Shown piece by piece: positions 49,331 to 63,350 of a stretch of 64,000 nucleotides of DNA (position 1 is the stretch's first letter; each line of letters opens with the position of its first letter). The notes below the pieces were generated by a model. It saw only the letters and a program-made list of their open reading frames with translations. It had not been told where the DNA came from and did no database searches. Where the stretch lies: NCBI RefSeq assembly GCF_001194135.2, contig NC_068990.1, forward strand, positions 72,082,336 to 72,146,335, given 5' to 3'. The translations under genes were made by a program, and so were the position numbers. The stretch is from Octopus bimaculoides (taxonomy: Eukaryota).

Positions 49331-51692
49331 CTGATCTTGAGTTTAGCTGGATATTGGCAATATATGTCAGATCATTGAGAATGTTAATGTTACCTGAGAT
49401 AGACTGGCATCCTTTCCAGGTAAAATATTAATTTCTCATTCCCTTAATACCATGAAACAAGAGGTAATTATAGTATACATATTTACAGCTTGACTGATTG
49501 GTCAGATATATTCTTAGCTTATAGCCAAAGCAACCAAACGTATGTGAAGATGAACAAAAATATTGACCCACCACCCATCACCAAATAGTCCAATACTCTG
49601 TTGATCTGGCCAGTTTGTCTTTCATTGTGATGCATCTTCTTAATTGTCAGATTCTTTTCTTTTGTCATTCTAGGCTCTACTATCCAGTCTATGAAGGACA
49701 ATATCAAAGTATCTAATAAGAATTTTGATGACAAGGTTCCATTCAAACGATCGTGAGTATTTTAACCTTTACAAATTCTTTTATTTTTCCATTGGTTTCA
49801 TTTAACCACCACCACCGCCACCGCCGCCACCGCCACCGCCGCCACCGCCGCCGCCGCCGCCACCGCCGCCACCACCACCCTATCTTGTACTCTAACAGTT
49901 CTGTCTATACACTGTTTAAACAACTCCAAAAGGATGAATTTCAAATTTGACCTTAGTGAGAATTGAACTCATAGCATTAGAAGAAATACTGTAAGACATG
50001 CAATCCAATGTTCTAAAGACTTTGTTAATCTATCAACATATATGACCAAAGATATTTGGACCTTGACCAACCTGCCTTTTGTGAAGTATCATGTTATCTA
50101 ATTGATTGACAGATATATACACCAATCAGCAAACAGGTTTGTTTGCTAAAATTACAAAACAAAGCTAGTGGATTGTTTAGGCTCAAAGGACTGGTGGGTA
50201 CTTCAGGTTGACAAGACACATGTTGAAACACAGGTATCCCAGAATCCTTTGCTCTTATGAGCTGAGTGTGTTATGAACCCACTGTCAATGTAAAAGGAAG
50301 AAGTTGTTCTATGACATTTATAACAGAAGCTATCATCTGTATTTGAATCTGCTGGAAGGCATCAAAAATAGATATGCAAATTGTAGTTTATCAAATGAGT
50401 CCTCCACATTAAAAACAAAAACAGAACCAAACAAAATGGTAGTTTGATATTTGAGGGAGGTTTGGCTGCTATTTCTTGCAGGTTGAATGAACATATTTAG
50501 AAGCTTTGTGACAAACACTAGTATAACACAATAAATAATATGTTCACCACAGCTGTCTGAAGACTGATTGAAGATTAAATCAGCTCCGTTAAATATGTAA
50601 CATGCTCATCATATTATATGCATGCTTATATGTGTGAGTGTGTGCACATGCATGTATATGTGTATGTGTGTATGTTTATACATGTATTGGTGTGAATATA
50701 TGATGTCTTTTATTTTCTTTTTGTTTCCATGCAGTTCTGAATAATTTATGAAGGAGATTTATCAAGCAGCTTGTTTAGGAGTTGATTGATGCAGTTTATA
50801 GACATATTCTGTTTTATCTGCAGTAATTTACAATATATCAAATAAAGTATGCCTGGAGTAGAGTACTGTACTGTACAATGCTCACATTGTAAAGCAGCAT
50901 TGAGAAGCTGGGTGCATTATCACCTAACAGATATGATATGTGAGTCTGCCCAGGATTATTCAGAATGAACTTCGTGGACAAGGGAAATGTGGTATTTTGT
51001 CATTTTGGTCACACTGACTTAAGAATAATTTATATTCTATACATGCACATGACGTATAGATAAATGGACACACACACACACACACACATATGTTCAAACA
51101 TACAAAGATATGTATGAATGTATAATATTTTTTATTAACTGAGAATGCCCAAACAGTTGTTAAATGGACTAGAGAGAGTTTCATGTTAAAGCATTTATCA
51201 ACACACACATGAACATACACACACACACACACACACATACACACACAAATACCTACCTACCTACATACATAGATACGTATGTGTGTGTGTAATATATGTA
51301 TGTATGCATGTATGTATGTATATGTGTGAATGTCTGTGTGTCCTTGCCATATCACATGATAACTGTCAATAAGAGTCACTGTCACAAGCAAAGTCATTCT
51401 CTGTAAGAACATGTCTGGTTATTGAGAAATATTACATTGCTTGGAAACAGGTAAGGGTTGGTGACAGGAAGGGCATCAGAAAATCTGCCTCAAATAAACT
51501 GCAACCAACCCATGCAAGCATGGGAAATTGGATATTAAAAGATGATGATGATGGTGATGATGATATATAAGGTGTATTCTGTTAGAAATGTTGTAGAATA
51601 CAAAATAGAGCTTGTTCATTCTTAGAATTACCAAATAGTGTTTATTAAATAGCTGTCTAACCATACTCCTTCTTTTTACTCAATTTTCTCAG

Positions 51693-51724
<32 letters not shown>

Positions 51725-52000
51725 ATAATATTAAATCTGAACAAGAGATAAACAGTAACAGTATGGAATTGTAAAATATATCTGCCAGCAAAATGTGGCA
51801 GTCCTATAGAGGATGGTGTTACTGTTGTTTTTAGCCCCATACATACATACATACATACCTATCATGGACTCTCCCATTGTTAGACGATGTATGAGGGTTC
51901 TGCAATTTCTTGCTTAACAGCCACACAGATGATTTGTTTATAGTGATCAAATGTTTGTGTAAATGTTATATATATGTTTACATACATACATACATACATG

Positions 52001-52041
<41 letters not shown>

Positions 52042-52089
52042 NNNNNNNNNNACACACACACACACACACTCACACTCACCCCCCCACAC

Positions 52090-52874
52090 ACATGGTGTTC
52101 AGGCTAATACTGAAAGACTAATCATTGCTGCCCAGGACCAGGCATTGAATACCAACTCAGGAAAAAGAATATATACCACACGAGTGCAATGGACCTCTGC
52201 AGAATGTGTGGGAAGAGGTTGAAAGTATGACTCACATTGTAAGTGCTTGTGAAAGTCTTGCACAGAAAGAGTACAAGTGTAGACACAACAAGGTATCCCA
52301 AAACCTCCACTGGCTACTATACTGTAAGTGTGGATATGAGGTTATGGGTGCTTGGTACCAACATACACTGGAAAAGGTAATGGATGAAAAGGGGAAGGCA
52401 AAAATTCTCTAGGACTTTGACTTTCAGACAGACAAAGTATTAGAGCACTGAAAGCTGAATATAGTAGCCTTTAGGAGGCACAAACAAAAATGCCTAATAA
52501 TTGATGCGGCAGTGCCAGGAGATCAACATATCATCATGAAAGAAAGAGAAAAGGTTGATAAATATGAAGACCTAAGAATTGAGATCACTAAGATGTGGCA
52601 GCTACATGAGTCCAACATTAAGGTTATCCCTATTCTCATCAGAGCATTGGGTTCAATACCACTCAACCTGAAAAAACATCTGAAAACTTTAGAAATACCC
52701 TACAATCTAGATGTATTGCAAAAGTTGGCATTACTTGGAACTGCACGCATATTGCATAAAGTACTGTCTGTCTGAAGTTCTTGTTGTGACTTGACAAACT
52801 GTACAAACTCCTGGTAGACGCAATATCTTCAGTCAACACCCTCCTGATATTGTATATTGTGCGACATCTACTAC

Positions 52875-52920
<46 letters not shown>
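52090..52920 (+). mobile_element. R4/Dong-like RLE LINE 3' end: CCHC zinc knuckle plus PD-(D/E)xK endonuclease, (AAT)n tail
   Basis: ERLIIAAQDQALNT...CRMC..EVESMTHIVSACESLAQKEYKCRHNKV...KIL*DFDFQTD...IIDAAVPGD...EKVDKYEDL...LGTARILHKVLSV, then (AAT)n at 52877-52920. Confidence 0.92.
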
Positions 52921-52923
<3 letters not shown>

Positions 52924-53099
52924 GGTTTGCCTCTTTAGTATAGCCAGAATAATCAGCAAAGTATTAGATAGTTGAAAAGAACAGATAGCATGATACTGTA
53001 GGCTACAGGCAGCAAACTTGCTATGCATGCAAGACTCCAGGAGTTCCAACAAAGCCTGGGATAAAAAAAAAAGTAATAATAATAATTCTCACAACTTTT

Positions 53100-54245
53100 A
53101 TCACAAGATCAATGATCCATAAGTTGGTAAATCAATTACATCTACCTCAGAGCTCGAATGGTACTTATTTTATCAGCCCTTGAAAGGATGAAAGTCAAAG
53201 TTGAGCTTGGTAGAATTTGAACTCAGCATATAAAGAGCAAGAAGAAATGCTGCTCAACATTATATCCAATTTGCTAATGATTCTGACTGAAATTTATTGT
53301 ATGCAGTGCTTGGGTGGATAACTATATTAATATGCACAACACAACATAAAAATAGCAACACACAGACAAGTCTTTGATGTTAGCATTGTTTGTTTGAAAG
53401 TGGTTTTAATTTGAGAAGAAATGCTTCTGTATAAATTACATTACCTTCAAGATTGTTTAGAAAAAGTGGTTGATATACAGTACAAACATTGATAAATATA
53501 GTGTATGTAAATGTCATAGCAACTGATATCCGGATCAAACATAGTGAAAATATCTGAATAATCATATCAATGGATGTCTTGTCCTATAAAGACATAGCAA
53601 CAAACGTTCTGCAAGTATATAATGATAGTTAGCCTAGACAGACATTACAAACACATACCCATTTAAAGATATTGTGAAGGGCAACAGGCTGGCAGAATTG
53701 TTAGCACACTGGGCAAAATGCTTAGCGGTGTTTTGTCTGCTGTTATGTTCTGAGTTCAAAGTCTGCCGAGGTTGACTGTGCCTTCCATCCTTTTGGTGGG
53801 GTTGATTAAATAAGTACCAGTTACACACTGCAGTCGATGTAATTGACTTAATCCCTTTGTTGTCTGTCCTTGTTTGTCCCCTCTATCTTTAGCCCCCAGT
53901 GGGCAATAAAAAAATAAATATGTGAGGTCACATAACTTGGTGGTTGGAGTATTTGGCTCTTGACCATAGGTTCTCAAGTTGATTCCTGGTGGTATGCTGT
54001 GTCCTTAAACAAAACACTTTATTTCTCATTGCTCCAGTCAATTTAGCTGACAAAAGTGAGTTGTACCTGTAATTCAAAGAGCTAGCTTTGTTACATTCTG
54101 TGTCATGCTGAATCTTCATGAGAATTACATTAAGGTTGTATGTGTCTGTGGAGTGCTCATCCACATGCACATTAATTTCACGAGTAGGCTGTTCCATCAA
54201 TCAGGTCAACTGGAACCCTCATTGTTGTAACAGATGGAATGCCAG
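53100..54245. mobile_element. SINE cluster: minus Deu/Nin SINE (about 53100-53290), plus Deu/Nin SINE (53680-53915), plus copy of the 29.6-kb SINE (53930-54245)
   Basis: Family motifs as described for the other copies. Confidence 0.78.
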
Positions 54246-54469
54246 TTATATGTCACTTGAAGAGCAATTGATATCCTATCAACCATTTCGATAGAAATCC
54301 AATATCCACATCCTTGTTAGTGTTATACTGAAAATGTTCATAAGACACATGAATACTTGCTATCTCTTTCAAGAGTGAAGTAGAGAACAATAGAATCTAG
54401 AAGTCTTCTGGTAGATGTATCCCTTTTCCTGTCTGAAGGTACTGGTCACTCCACTGACTCAAGGTATGG

Positions 54470-54934
54470 GGCTTAGTGGTTAGAGTGTTGCATCCACAAC
54501 TGTAAGGTCATTTCTTTGATTCCCAAGCTCGGCAGTGTGCCATGTTCTTGAACAAGACTCTTCATTTCATGTTGCACCATTTCACTTCACTGTAAATAAG
54601 TTTCATCTAGTAGCTGGGAAGTCGTCCCTGTGACAGAACAGCATCCTGTACAGGGGAGAGGAGAGACTGTTGTAACTTCAGTCACCTATTCATCATGGAA
54701 ACTGGGTTAACCCTTAAGCATTCAGATTACTCTGTCAAATGTAATGCTTGTTTGTTCACGTTGCTTTGAATTAATTATGCATTATCTCATAGCTTTGAGA
54801 CTTTGATGCAGTGTTTGTTTGTTTTTAGAATGACATGGTAGGGTAGGTGTGAAAAACCAAATCTGGCCAGTTTAAACATAAAACAGATAGAATATTTGGG
54901 CCAGATATGACTGGTTTAAATGCGTAGGGATTAA
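54470..54934. mobile_element. Meta/V-like SINE (54470-54706) abutting a piggyBac-type MITE (54707-54934)
   Basis: ccctgtgacagaacagcatcctgtacagggg core; TTAA-cccttaagcattcag...aaatgcgtaggga-TTAA. Confidence 0.78.
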
Positions 54935-55173
54935 GCTCTGGCATCATGAGTCTAAGGGTTCATGAAGATCTAACTGACTTGTTGATGCTGTAGCATTAAC
55001 TTGATGCTAATCAGGGGCCCTGTCAGTCTTAATACTTATCTTTTTTGCTAGATAAGCAAACTGGAACAATACCCAATGACACAATGTGCCACTCTGATAA
55101 AAAAAAAAATCAAGACAATGACCTCATGGACATGTGTCCAATTGTCTAATTACTTGGTCATGCACATGCGCGT

Positions 55174-55219
<46 letters not shown>

Positions 55220-55240
55220 TTTCAATCCATTTCAAGTATA

Positions 55241-55637
55241 ATTGCCTCCACCAAGAAAGGAGGTTATGTTTTCATTGGCATTGGTTTGTCCGTCTGTCTG
55301 TCTGTGTGCAAAATAACTCAAAAAGTTGTGAACAGTATTTGATGAAACTTGCAGGAAAGGATGGTAATGACACAAGGAACAGATGATGTTAGTGATTCAG
55401 GAATTTTTATGGATTCTTAAAGGGTTTTTCATTTCTTATATTTACTTTACATGATGTATTACAATGTTGCGTTCTTTGATTATCTCCCTTGAAAACACGT
55501 TCATCGTTTCCACATAACCTATGGTAGTGTTGCTGTTTCCAAAGTTTATTTTCGTTTCTCTATTAGTAATTTTACTTGCGTATCTATCTTAAAGTGGGCT
55601 TGGTGGAGGTCTGTACTCTCCGAGTGCTTTTCTAGTT
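55241..55637 (+). mobile_element. Non-autonomous Helentron-type element (HINE/DINE-1-like)
   Basis: Sub-terminal inverted repeats cctccaccaag (55245-55255) and cttggtggagg (55599-55609), an internal (GTCT)n, a 3' hairpin gtactc-tcc-gagtgc and a ctagtt end. Confidence 0.85.
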
Positions 55638-56184
55638 CCTAATAAGATAAACCCACTTAAAAAATACCTTCATAAAGTTGCAAGTAATAAAAATAAAACA
55701 TCAACATAGCATATTAAAACATAGCACTTCACTTTCAAACAGAAACTATTAATTCCTACAAGACCATTGACTCCTGTAGTATCTGTTAGCTTTGTACTTG
55801 TTAATCATATACACAACATTCATTCATAATTAGATTACAGCTTTTGTCTTATGTAAATCACTTCTTTGTAAATTGATTTTTATAACAGGCTTATCTTTAT
55901 TGTTTTGCTTTGGTTATTCTGTTGTTTTAGTTATTCAGATATAAGAACCACAAAGGGTGCCTTGACATCCTGCTACTAATTTTGGTTTATCAACAACCCT
56001 TGACCATAAATATTCTATTCTCTACATTTTCTCTTTATACATTGTAATTTGCTCTGATTTTGTGATTAAAATAAACAAATTCAATCAAAATTGAAAGAAA
56101 AAATATCAAGATATGTTAACAGTCATCCTGTATAGAATATATACACAAACATCCAAGATAGATAGACACTGTATAAACAAAATA

Positions 56185-57350
56185 ATAGGTGCAGGTGTGG
56201 CAGTGTGGTAAGAAGTTTGCTTCCCAACCACATGGTTCTGGGTTCACTCCCATCGCATGGCACCTTGGGCAAGTGCCTTCTACTATGGCCTTGGTTTGAC
56301 CAAAGCCTTGTGAGTGGATTTGGTAGATAGAAACTGAAAGAAACCCATATATATATTCTTTTATTTTTTTACTTGTTTCAGTCATTTGACTACGGCCATG
56401 CTGGAGCACCGCCTTTAGTCGAGCAAATTGACCCCAAGGCTTATTCTTTGTAAGCCTAGTACTTATTCTATCAGTCTCTTTTGCTGAACCGCTAAGTTAC
56501 GGGGATGTAAGCAGACCAGCATCGGTTGTCAAGCAATGGTGGCGGACAAACATGGACGCACAAACACACNNNNNNNNNNNNNNNNNNNNNNNNNNNNNNN
56601 NNNNNNNNNNNNNNNNNNNNNNNNNNNNNNNNNNNNNNNNNNNNNNNNNNNNNNNNNNNNNNNNNNNNNNNNNNNNNNNNNNNNNNNNNNNNNNNNNNNN
56701 NNNNNNNNNNNNNNNNNNNNNNNNNNNNNNNNNNNNNNNNNNNNNNNNNNNNNNNNNNNNNNNNNNNNNNNNNNNNNNNNNNNNNNNNNNNNNNNNNNNN
56801 NNNNNNNNNNNNNNNNNNNNNNNNNNNNNNNNNNNNNNNNNNNNNNNNNNNNNNNNNNNNNNNNNNNNNNNNNNNNNNNNNNNNNNNNNNNNNNNNNNNN
56901 NNNNNNNNNNNNNNNNNNNNNNNNNNNNNNNNNNNNNNNNNNNNNNNNNNNNNNNNNNNNNNNNNNNNNNNNNNNNNNNNNNNNNNNNNNNNNNNNNNNN
57001 NNNNNNNNNNNNNNNNNNNNNNNNNNNNNNNNNNNNNNNNNNNNNNNNNNNNNNNNNNNNNNNNNNNNNNNNNNNNNNNNNNNNATATATATATATATAT
57101 ATATAGGTATGTATGTGTGTGTGCGTGTGTGTCTTTGTCTACCACCTCCGGTTGACAACTGGTGTTGGTTTGTTTATGCCCCTGTAACTTGGTAGTTTGG
57201 CAAAAGAGACCAATAGAATAAGTAATAGGATTAAAAAGAAAATAAGTACTGGGGTTGTTTAGTTAGACTAAAATTCCTCAAGGTGGTGCCCCAGCATGTC
57301 CACAGTCTAATGACTGAAACAAATGAAAGATAAGAGATAAAAGATAAAAG
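56185..57350. mobile_element. CORE-like SINE (plus head 56185-56350, plus tail 57085-57350) enclosing a minus-strand tail of the same family (56355-56570) and an N gap
   Basis: Head gtggcagtgtggtaagaagtttgcttcccaaccac...caccttgggcaagtgcc. The two tail copies are reverse-complementary but not identical. Confidence 0.8.
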
Positions 57351-59204
57351 ATATCTTTTATACACAACAGCAACATATAAGCCAAAATGCTAATTCTAAA
57401 ATCTCTCTAAGTGAGCTACTGCCATTTCTAGCAGTTGAGGTGTCCAGTACTGAAGAGAGGTAGAAATAGCCCAAAACCAGGCTGGTCTGCTGGTCCCGTT
57501 GCTAGAAAGTGGTAGGTGTTCACAATATCTCGGATGCAGATGTGCATCATTAACCAGCTAGAAATGTTGTCCTCTTGGGGTTAAAAAACCACAGTAAAGT
57601 CTGTTCGAACGGACAGACATGTTGAAGTAGCTATGAACATTACCTGTTACAACAGCATATGTCTTAAATAAATGCAGACAAACTAACAACTCTACTATAT
57701 TCAACATGCAATAACTCTCTCCAAACCTCACTCAAGGAAATATCACATAATAGTATTGTGCTCCACATGGCTAACACTGAGGAAATCTTGTTTAATCTGA
57801 AACAGCTTAATCTGAAAGATTTCCTCACTGTACCTCTTATGGCCTAATACTGTATGACAGAACATATAGTATAGTCTGACATAAGACTGTCACACATGTA
57901 TGTTCCAGATGGCCTAACATTCGATGGTAGAATGCACTGCAACACCGTCACCTTTATAATGAAACGAACACTATCAGTATGGTTGAATGTACATGTTAGG
58001 CTTAGAGCAAATTGAAATCTGGCATCAGCAAGCAAGGTAGCTGACCAGACCAGTTGACTGTTCTTCATGTGCCTCATTAGCATACAAGCCAGTTATTACC
58101 ATCACCACTATCATTGTCATCATCATCATCATCATCATTATCATTATCATCAACAACAACAACAACGATGACAATGACAATAAGGCAACCTTAATATGGT
58201 CACCCAGCCTGCTAGAAATAGCAACCAGGTTTACTTTAAATCACAACCTACCATGTTAAAAAAACCCCCAAAAACAGAGGCTGCAATGGCTAATGTAGTC
58301 TTAGACATACTTCTGAAAATTAAAGTCTGGAATATCTTTGAGCATGGCTCTACTCCATCAGGACTGACCTGGGGCTAAACAACAGCAACAACACCAACAA
58401 CAACAATGTTTTCAAAACAATGGCAGCAGTCATAAACTATTATGGGCATCTTTACATGGTTACTCAGCCTGCCAGATATTGCAGTCAAAGCTCCCTCAAA
58501 TCACACTCAACTGCTTTAAAAAAGGAAAGAGTCATTGGATAACCTTGTACGGGATCTACAAAATAACAGGAAGGGTTGTCATAACAGGAGAGTCTTTGTT
58601 TATAAGCCTGTTCAAACGGGGTTGACTTGGAGCTAAACAACAATAGCAAATGCAGCAACAGTATTAATTACAACAACAACAACAGCAACAAACAGGCAGT
58701 TGTTTGGTCGGCTAGAAATAACAGCCAAACTTCCTTCACATCATTTCTATTGTTTTATAAAATCTATAATACACAGGATAGAAAGGTAGTCTCAGATACA
58801 CTGTTTAAGTAAAAGATGGGATGGTCATAGCTGGAACCTATTTAATCTCATGCCTGCTCAATCATTGCTGGTCCAGAGCCAAATAACCATTTCCAACATA
58901 GGTTTCAGCCCACAAATTTGGAGAGAGGGGAAATAGTTGCTGATATTACTTGACAAGTACTCTATTTTATTGGCCCTCAAAGAGTGAAAGCAAAGCTGAC
59001 CTTGGCCATATTTGAAATCAGAAAGTAACGGTCTGGAACAAATAAAGCAAGGTGATTTGTCTGCCATTCTAATGAATCTGTCATCTGTAGCCTTTCTTAT
59101 TTCTTTAGCCAATGGTTAAATAATTGTTGCTAATTTAGGCAGAAGGTAAGCAAGCTTTTGAGATGCAGCCACCTTCTCCTCTATTACACCCAGCCCACTC
59201 AGTC

Positions 59205-59427
59205 AAGGGGGATTTTTGTCTTGCAAGTTACTTGATAACCTCACTTGTGCCAGTGCTATGAGCAAAAAAAAAAAAAAAAAGCATCCAGTATTCTCTGCAA
59301 AATGGTTAGCATTAGAAACCATGCCAGAGTAGACAGTGGGACTGGCCACAACCTTCTGGTTTGTTGAGTCCTTTTCATCCGTCCAACCTATGCAAGGATG
59401 GAAGACAGAAATTAAATGATGATGATA

Positions 59428-59501
<74 letters not shown>

Positions 59502-59523
59502 AATAATAATGATAATAATAATA

Positions 59524-59567
<44 letters not shown>

Positions 59568-59600
59568 AATAATAATGATAATAATAATAATGATGGTGAT
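59205..59600 (+). mobile_element. Decayed RTE-type tail ending in a long (GAT)n/(AAT)n microsatellite
   Basis: ccgtccaacctatgcaaggatggaagacagaaattaaatgatgat, followed by about 190 bp of GAT/AAT repeats. Confidence 0.7.
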
Positions 59601-61009
59601 GATTGACCCCCTAGTATATGTCTGGCACTTTATTTTGACCTTGAAAGGAGGAAAAGCAAAGTTAATCTGTGTAGGATTTGAACTCAGAATGCAAAGTAGC
59701 CAAAACAAATGCTGCAAGGCATTTTTTTTTATGCGTCACTCTAAGAATTCTTCTGATTCACCACACCCTGCCTAAGGTTAAATAACAACAACAACAACAA
59801 CAATGAGACAGAATTAAGGAATTATATAATTCAGACTGTGATCTATATGATGTCAACTTAGATTATCCAAATATGATATATCTAACCTCGGTTGCATTTA
59901 TATTGATTTATACAAATGTCATCTGAAACTTCCGCCATGTCACATTGAATTTGATCAATGTCAACACAAGTTAGGACAACGTTAGCTTTGATGTGCATCA
60001 TCTCGGAACTCCCTACACCACCACTACTACCACTCACTTGTCTGACATTTTAATGATAATAAATCTACACTATTATTAAATAACAGTCATGAGACATAAA
60101 TTCTATATCTAAATGAGTTGATGTAAGATTCTCAGGGTACTGCAAATTAGTTTCCACAATCTTACAACCAATTTTTTTATTTATTTTCAATGCCACTTTG
60201 TTCTTTTCTTTTCTTTTCTTTTCTTTTCTTTTCTTTTCTTTTCTTTTCTTTTCTTTTCTTTTCTTTTCTTTTTCATCTTTGGTAAATTTGTAAATTTGTT
60301 GACTTCTACATCTGTATGCTGCTAATATTGTTGCTGCTTAACCCCAAAATTAGCCTTGTTTGAACAGACCCATAATTAAGACCTTTCTAGCCTAGGCCAT
60401 CTTGTCTCTTTTTTTATATCTTGGACTACATTGTTCAATGAATTCTTTCCCTATATTTATGACATTAGAGTTAGTTGTTATGTCTAGCAATTGTGAAGAA
60501 CCTCATCAACAACAACAACAACAATTACAACAATTAACATTAGGCTGAATAAAGATCTAATATACATAACTCAGGCAGCATAAATTAAAATATAGTCATA
60601 TGTATATTATACTTAATGTATATACATGATTGATACCCAGGTACTGCGGTATTTGTCCTGAGATAACTTCTCTAATGCATGTGTTGTGTTATAAACACAA
60701 TAAATATTGGATGGAGATGATATTTAGAGTGTTTTTAACACAGCAGGATGAATACTGCAGTTACTAGCATATCAATGGTGTATATACATTAATCATGATA
60801 CATATATTCTGTTTTAATTAACTTCACTCCCAAAGACAACTACCACTATTAGAAATATAATAATGTAGTTGGAGATGAACAATATTTGAATAACACCAAC
60901 ACCACCTGGACAACATCAAAATCTGTAAAAAAACAGGTAAATGGATTCACTATGAAAAACAATTGGTTGCAAAGCTCTGTGAGATAAGTCAGCTAATATA
61001 ATGTTCATT

Positions 61010-61548
61010 GTGGAGGTGTGTGGTTTAGTGGTTAGGGGTACACAGCTCATCATCATAAGGTTGTGAGTTTGATACCAGGTGATTCGTTGTGTCCTTGAGC
61101 AAGACACTTTATTTCATGTTGCAATAATGCTGGCAATAATGCATAGTACCTGTATTTCAAAGGGCCAGCCTTGTTACATCCTGTGTCACACTGAATCCCC
61201 CTGAGAACTATGTTAAGGGTATGTGTGTCTGTCATGAGCAGGCTGTTCTTGTTGATCGGATCTACTGGAACCCACATTATTATTACTGATGGAGTCTCAT
61301 AATGTTCATTTGGATAAGTCCACCTGTACTCTTTCTAAGATGAGTCCGATGTAATACATTTTGGGATAAGTTCACACATTTTAATGTTTATATTAATTAA
61401 CTCTCTGAGTTCAAATTCCACCGAGGTCAGCGAGGTCAGCTTTGCCTTTCATCCTTTCGGGGTCAATAAATTAAGTACTAGTTGCATCCTGGGGTCAATC
61501 TAATCGACTGGCCCCCTCCCCCAAAATTTCATGCCTAGAATAGAAAAG
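61010..61548 (+). mobile_element. Copy of the 29.6-kb SINE family (61010-61290) and a 5'-truncated young Deu/Nin SINE (61405-61548)
   Basis: gtacctgtatttcaaagggccagccttg body; gcctttcatcctttcggggtcaataaattaagtac core. Confidence 0.8.
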
Positions 61549-61549
61549 T

Positions 61550-61999
61550 ATATTAATTAACACTAAAATATCATTAACAATCAATTAATTAACTCTCCTC
61601 TACTTCCATATTATTCCATTAATTAACTCATATTTCAGTATCAGTCTCTTAATTAACTTCCAGTCTCACATATTTTAATATTTATCTATTTACTCTCTCA
61701 CATATTCCAATATTATTCCATTAATTAACAAAAACATTAAAATACTAATCAATTAATTAACTTTTCACGCTTACCTTTTTTTACTATCTTTCACTTGTTT
61801 CACTCATTAGAGTGTGGCCATGCTGGGGCATTGCCTTGAAGAAGGTTTAGTTGAATGAGTCGGCCCCAGTACTAATTTCTTTTTTATAAGCCTTGTCTCT
61901 TTTGTCAGATCACTAAGTTACAAGAATGCAAACACCCTGACATTGATGGTAGGGAACAAGTACAGAGACAGACAGTCACACACACACATTCTCTCTCTC

Positions 62000-62057
<58 letters not shown>

Positions 62058-63350
62058 ACAATGGCTTCTTTCAGTTTCCATCAACCAAATCCACTTTCAG
62101 GACACTTACCCAAGGTGTATGTATATATATATGTATATATATATCTTGATCTNNNNNNNNNNNNNNNNNNNNNNNNNNNNNNNNNNNNNNNNNNNNNNNN
62201 NNNNNNNNNNNNNNNNNNNNNNNNNNNNNNNNNNNNNNNNNNNNNNNNNNNNNNNNNNNNNNNNNNNNNNNNNNNNNNNNNNNNNNNNNNNNNNNNNNNN
62301 NNNNNNNNNNNNNNNNNNNNNNNNNNNNNNNNNNNNNNNNNNNNNNNNNNNNNNNNNNNNNNNNNNNNNNNNNNNNNNNNNNNNNNNNNNNNNNNNNNNN
62401 NNNNNNNNNNNNNNNNNNNNNNNNNNNNNNNNNNNNNNNNNNNNNNNNNNNNNNNNNNNNNNNNNNNNNNNNNNNNNNNNNNNNNNNNNNNNNNNNNNNN
62501 NNNNNNNNNNNNNNNNNNNNNNNNNNNNNNNNNNNNNNNNNNNNNNNNNNNNNCACCACCACCACCACCACTGCCCCCCCCACACCACCACCACCAACAA
62601 CTCCTGAAATTGCTGGCCTTGTGCAAAAATTTGAAACCAATATCAATCCATGAATTAATGTAGTGAGCTGGTAGAATCATTACTGTGCCAGGCAAAATAC
62701 TGAGCAGCATTTTGTCCATCTTTACATTCTGAGTTCAAATTCTGAGGTTAACTTTGCCTTTCATCCTTTTAGGGTCCATAAAATAAGTACGAGGGGTCAA
62801 TAAATTAAGTACTGGGGTTAATGTAATCAACTTGCCCCCTTCCCTGCAATTACTGGCCTCCAACCAAAATTTGAAATCACTATTAATTTATTGATTGATT
62901 AATTCCCATATGTCAAAATTTACCTGTTAATTAACTTTCTCACATATTTCTATGTTATTTCTCTCAATTAACTTTCTCATAATTTGATATTTATTTTTTA
63001 CATCAAACTCTCAAATTTCAATATTATTTTATTAATTTTCTCTTATGTATTTTAATATTTTAATATCAACCTATTAATTAACTCACACACACTTTAACAT
63101 TCATCTATTGATTAACATTGAAACATCATTGACAATCTATTAATTAACTCCCTCCTACTTCTATATTATTCTATTAATTAACCCACATATTTTGATATCA
63201 GCTTCTTAATTAACCCCCTCTCTCACATATTTTAATAACAATCTATTAACTCACATACATATTCCAATATCATTCTGTTAATTAACACTCACATTTCAGT
63301 ACTAACTTATTAATTAACTCTTTCACACATGTCAACATTAATTTTTTAAT
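61550..63350 (+). repeat. Two blocks (61550-61765 and 62880-63350) of degenerate attaattaact-based repeat sharing a ~220-bp unit
   Basis: attaattaactctcctctacttccatattattccattaattaac at 61.6 kb matches attaattaactccctcctacttctatattattctattaattaac at 63.14 kb. Confidence 0.75.
61770..62115 (-). mobile_element. CORE-like SINE copy
   Basis: Same head and tail motifs as 42060-42440. Confidence 0.75.

Noticed and set aside
59361-59775. Poly-Asp/Asn, poly-Met and poly-Ile ORFs; likewise poly-His/Thr at 2719-3196 and poly-Leu/Tyr at 35406-35726
   Set aside because: Translations of (GAT)n, (CA)n and (TAG)n microsatellites with no splice or homology support.
59880-60055. ~56-codon minus-strand frame (NVRQVSGSSGG...DICINQYKCNRG)
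   Set aside because: Weak acceptor, no recognisable homology and no partner exons; an open frame of this length is expected by chance.
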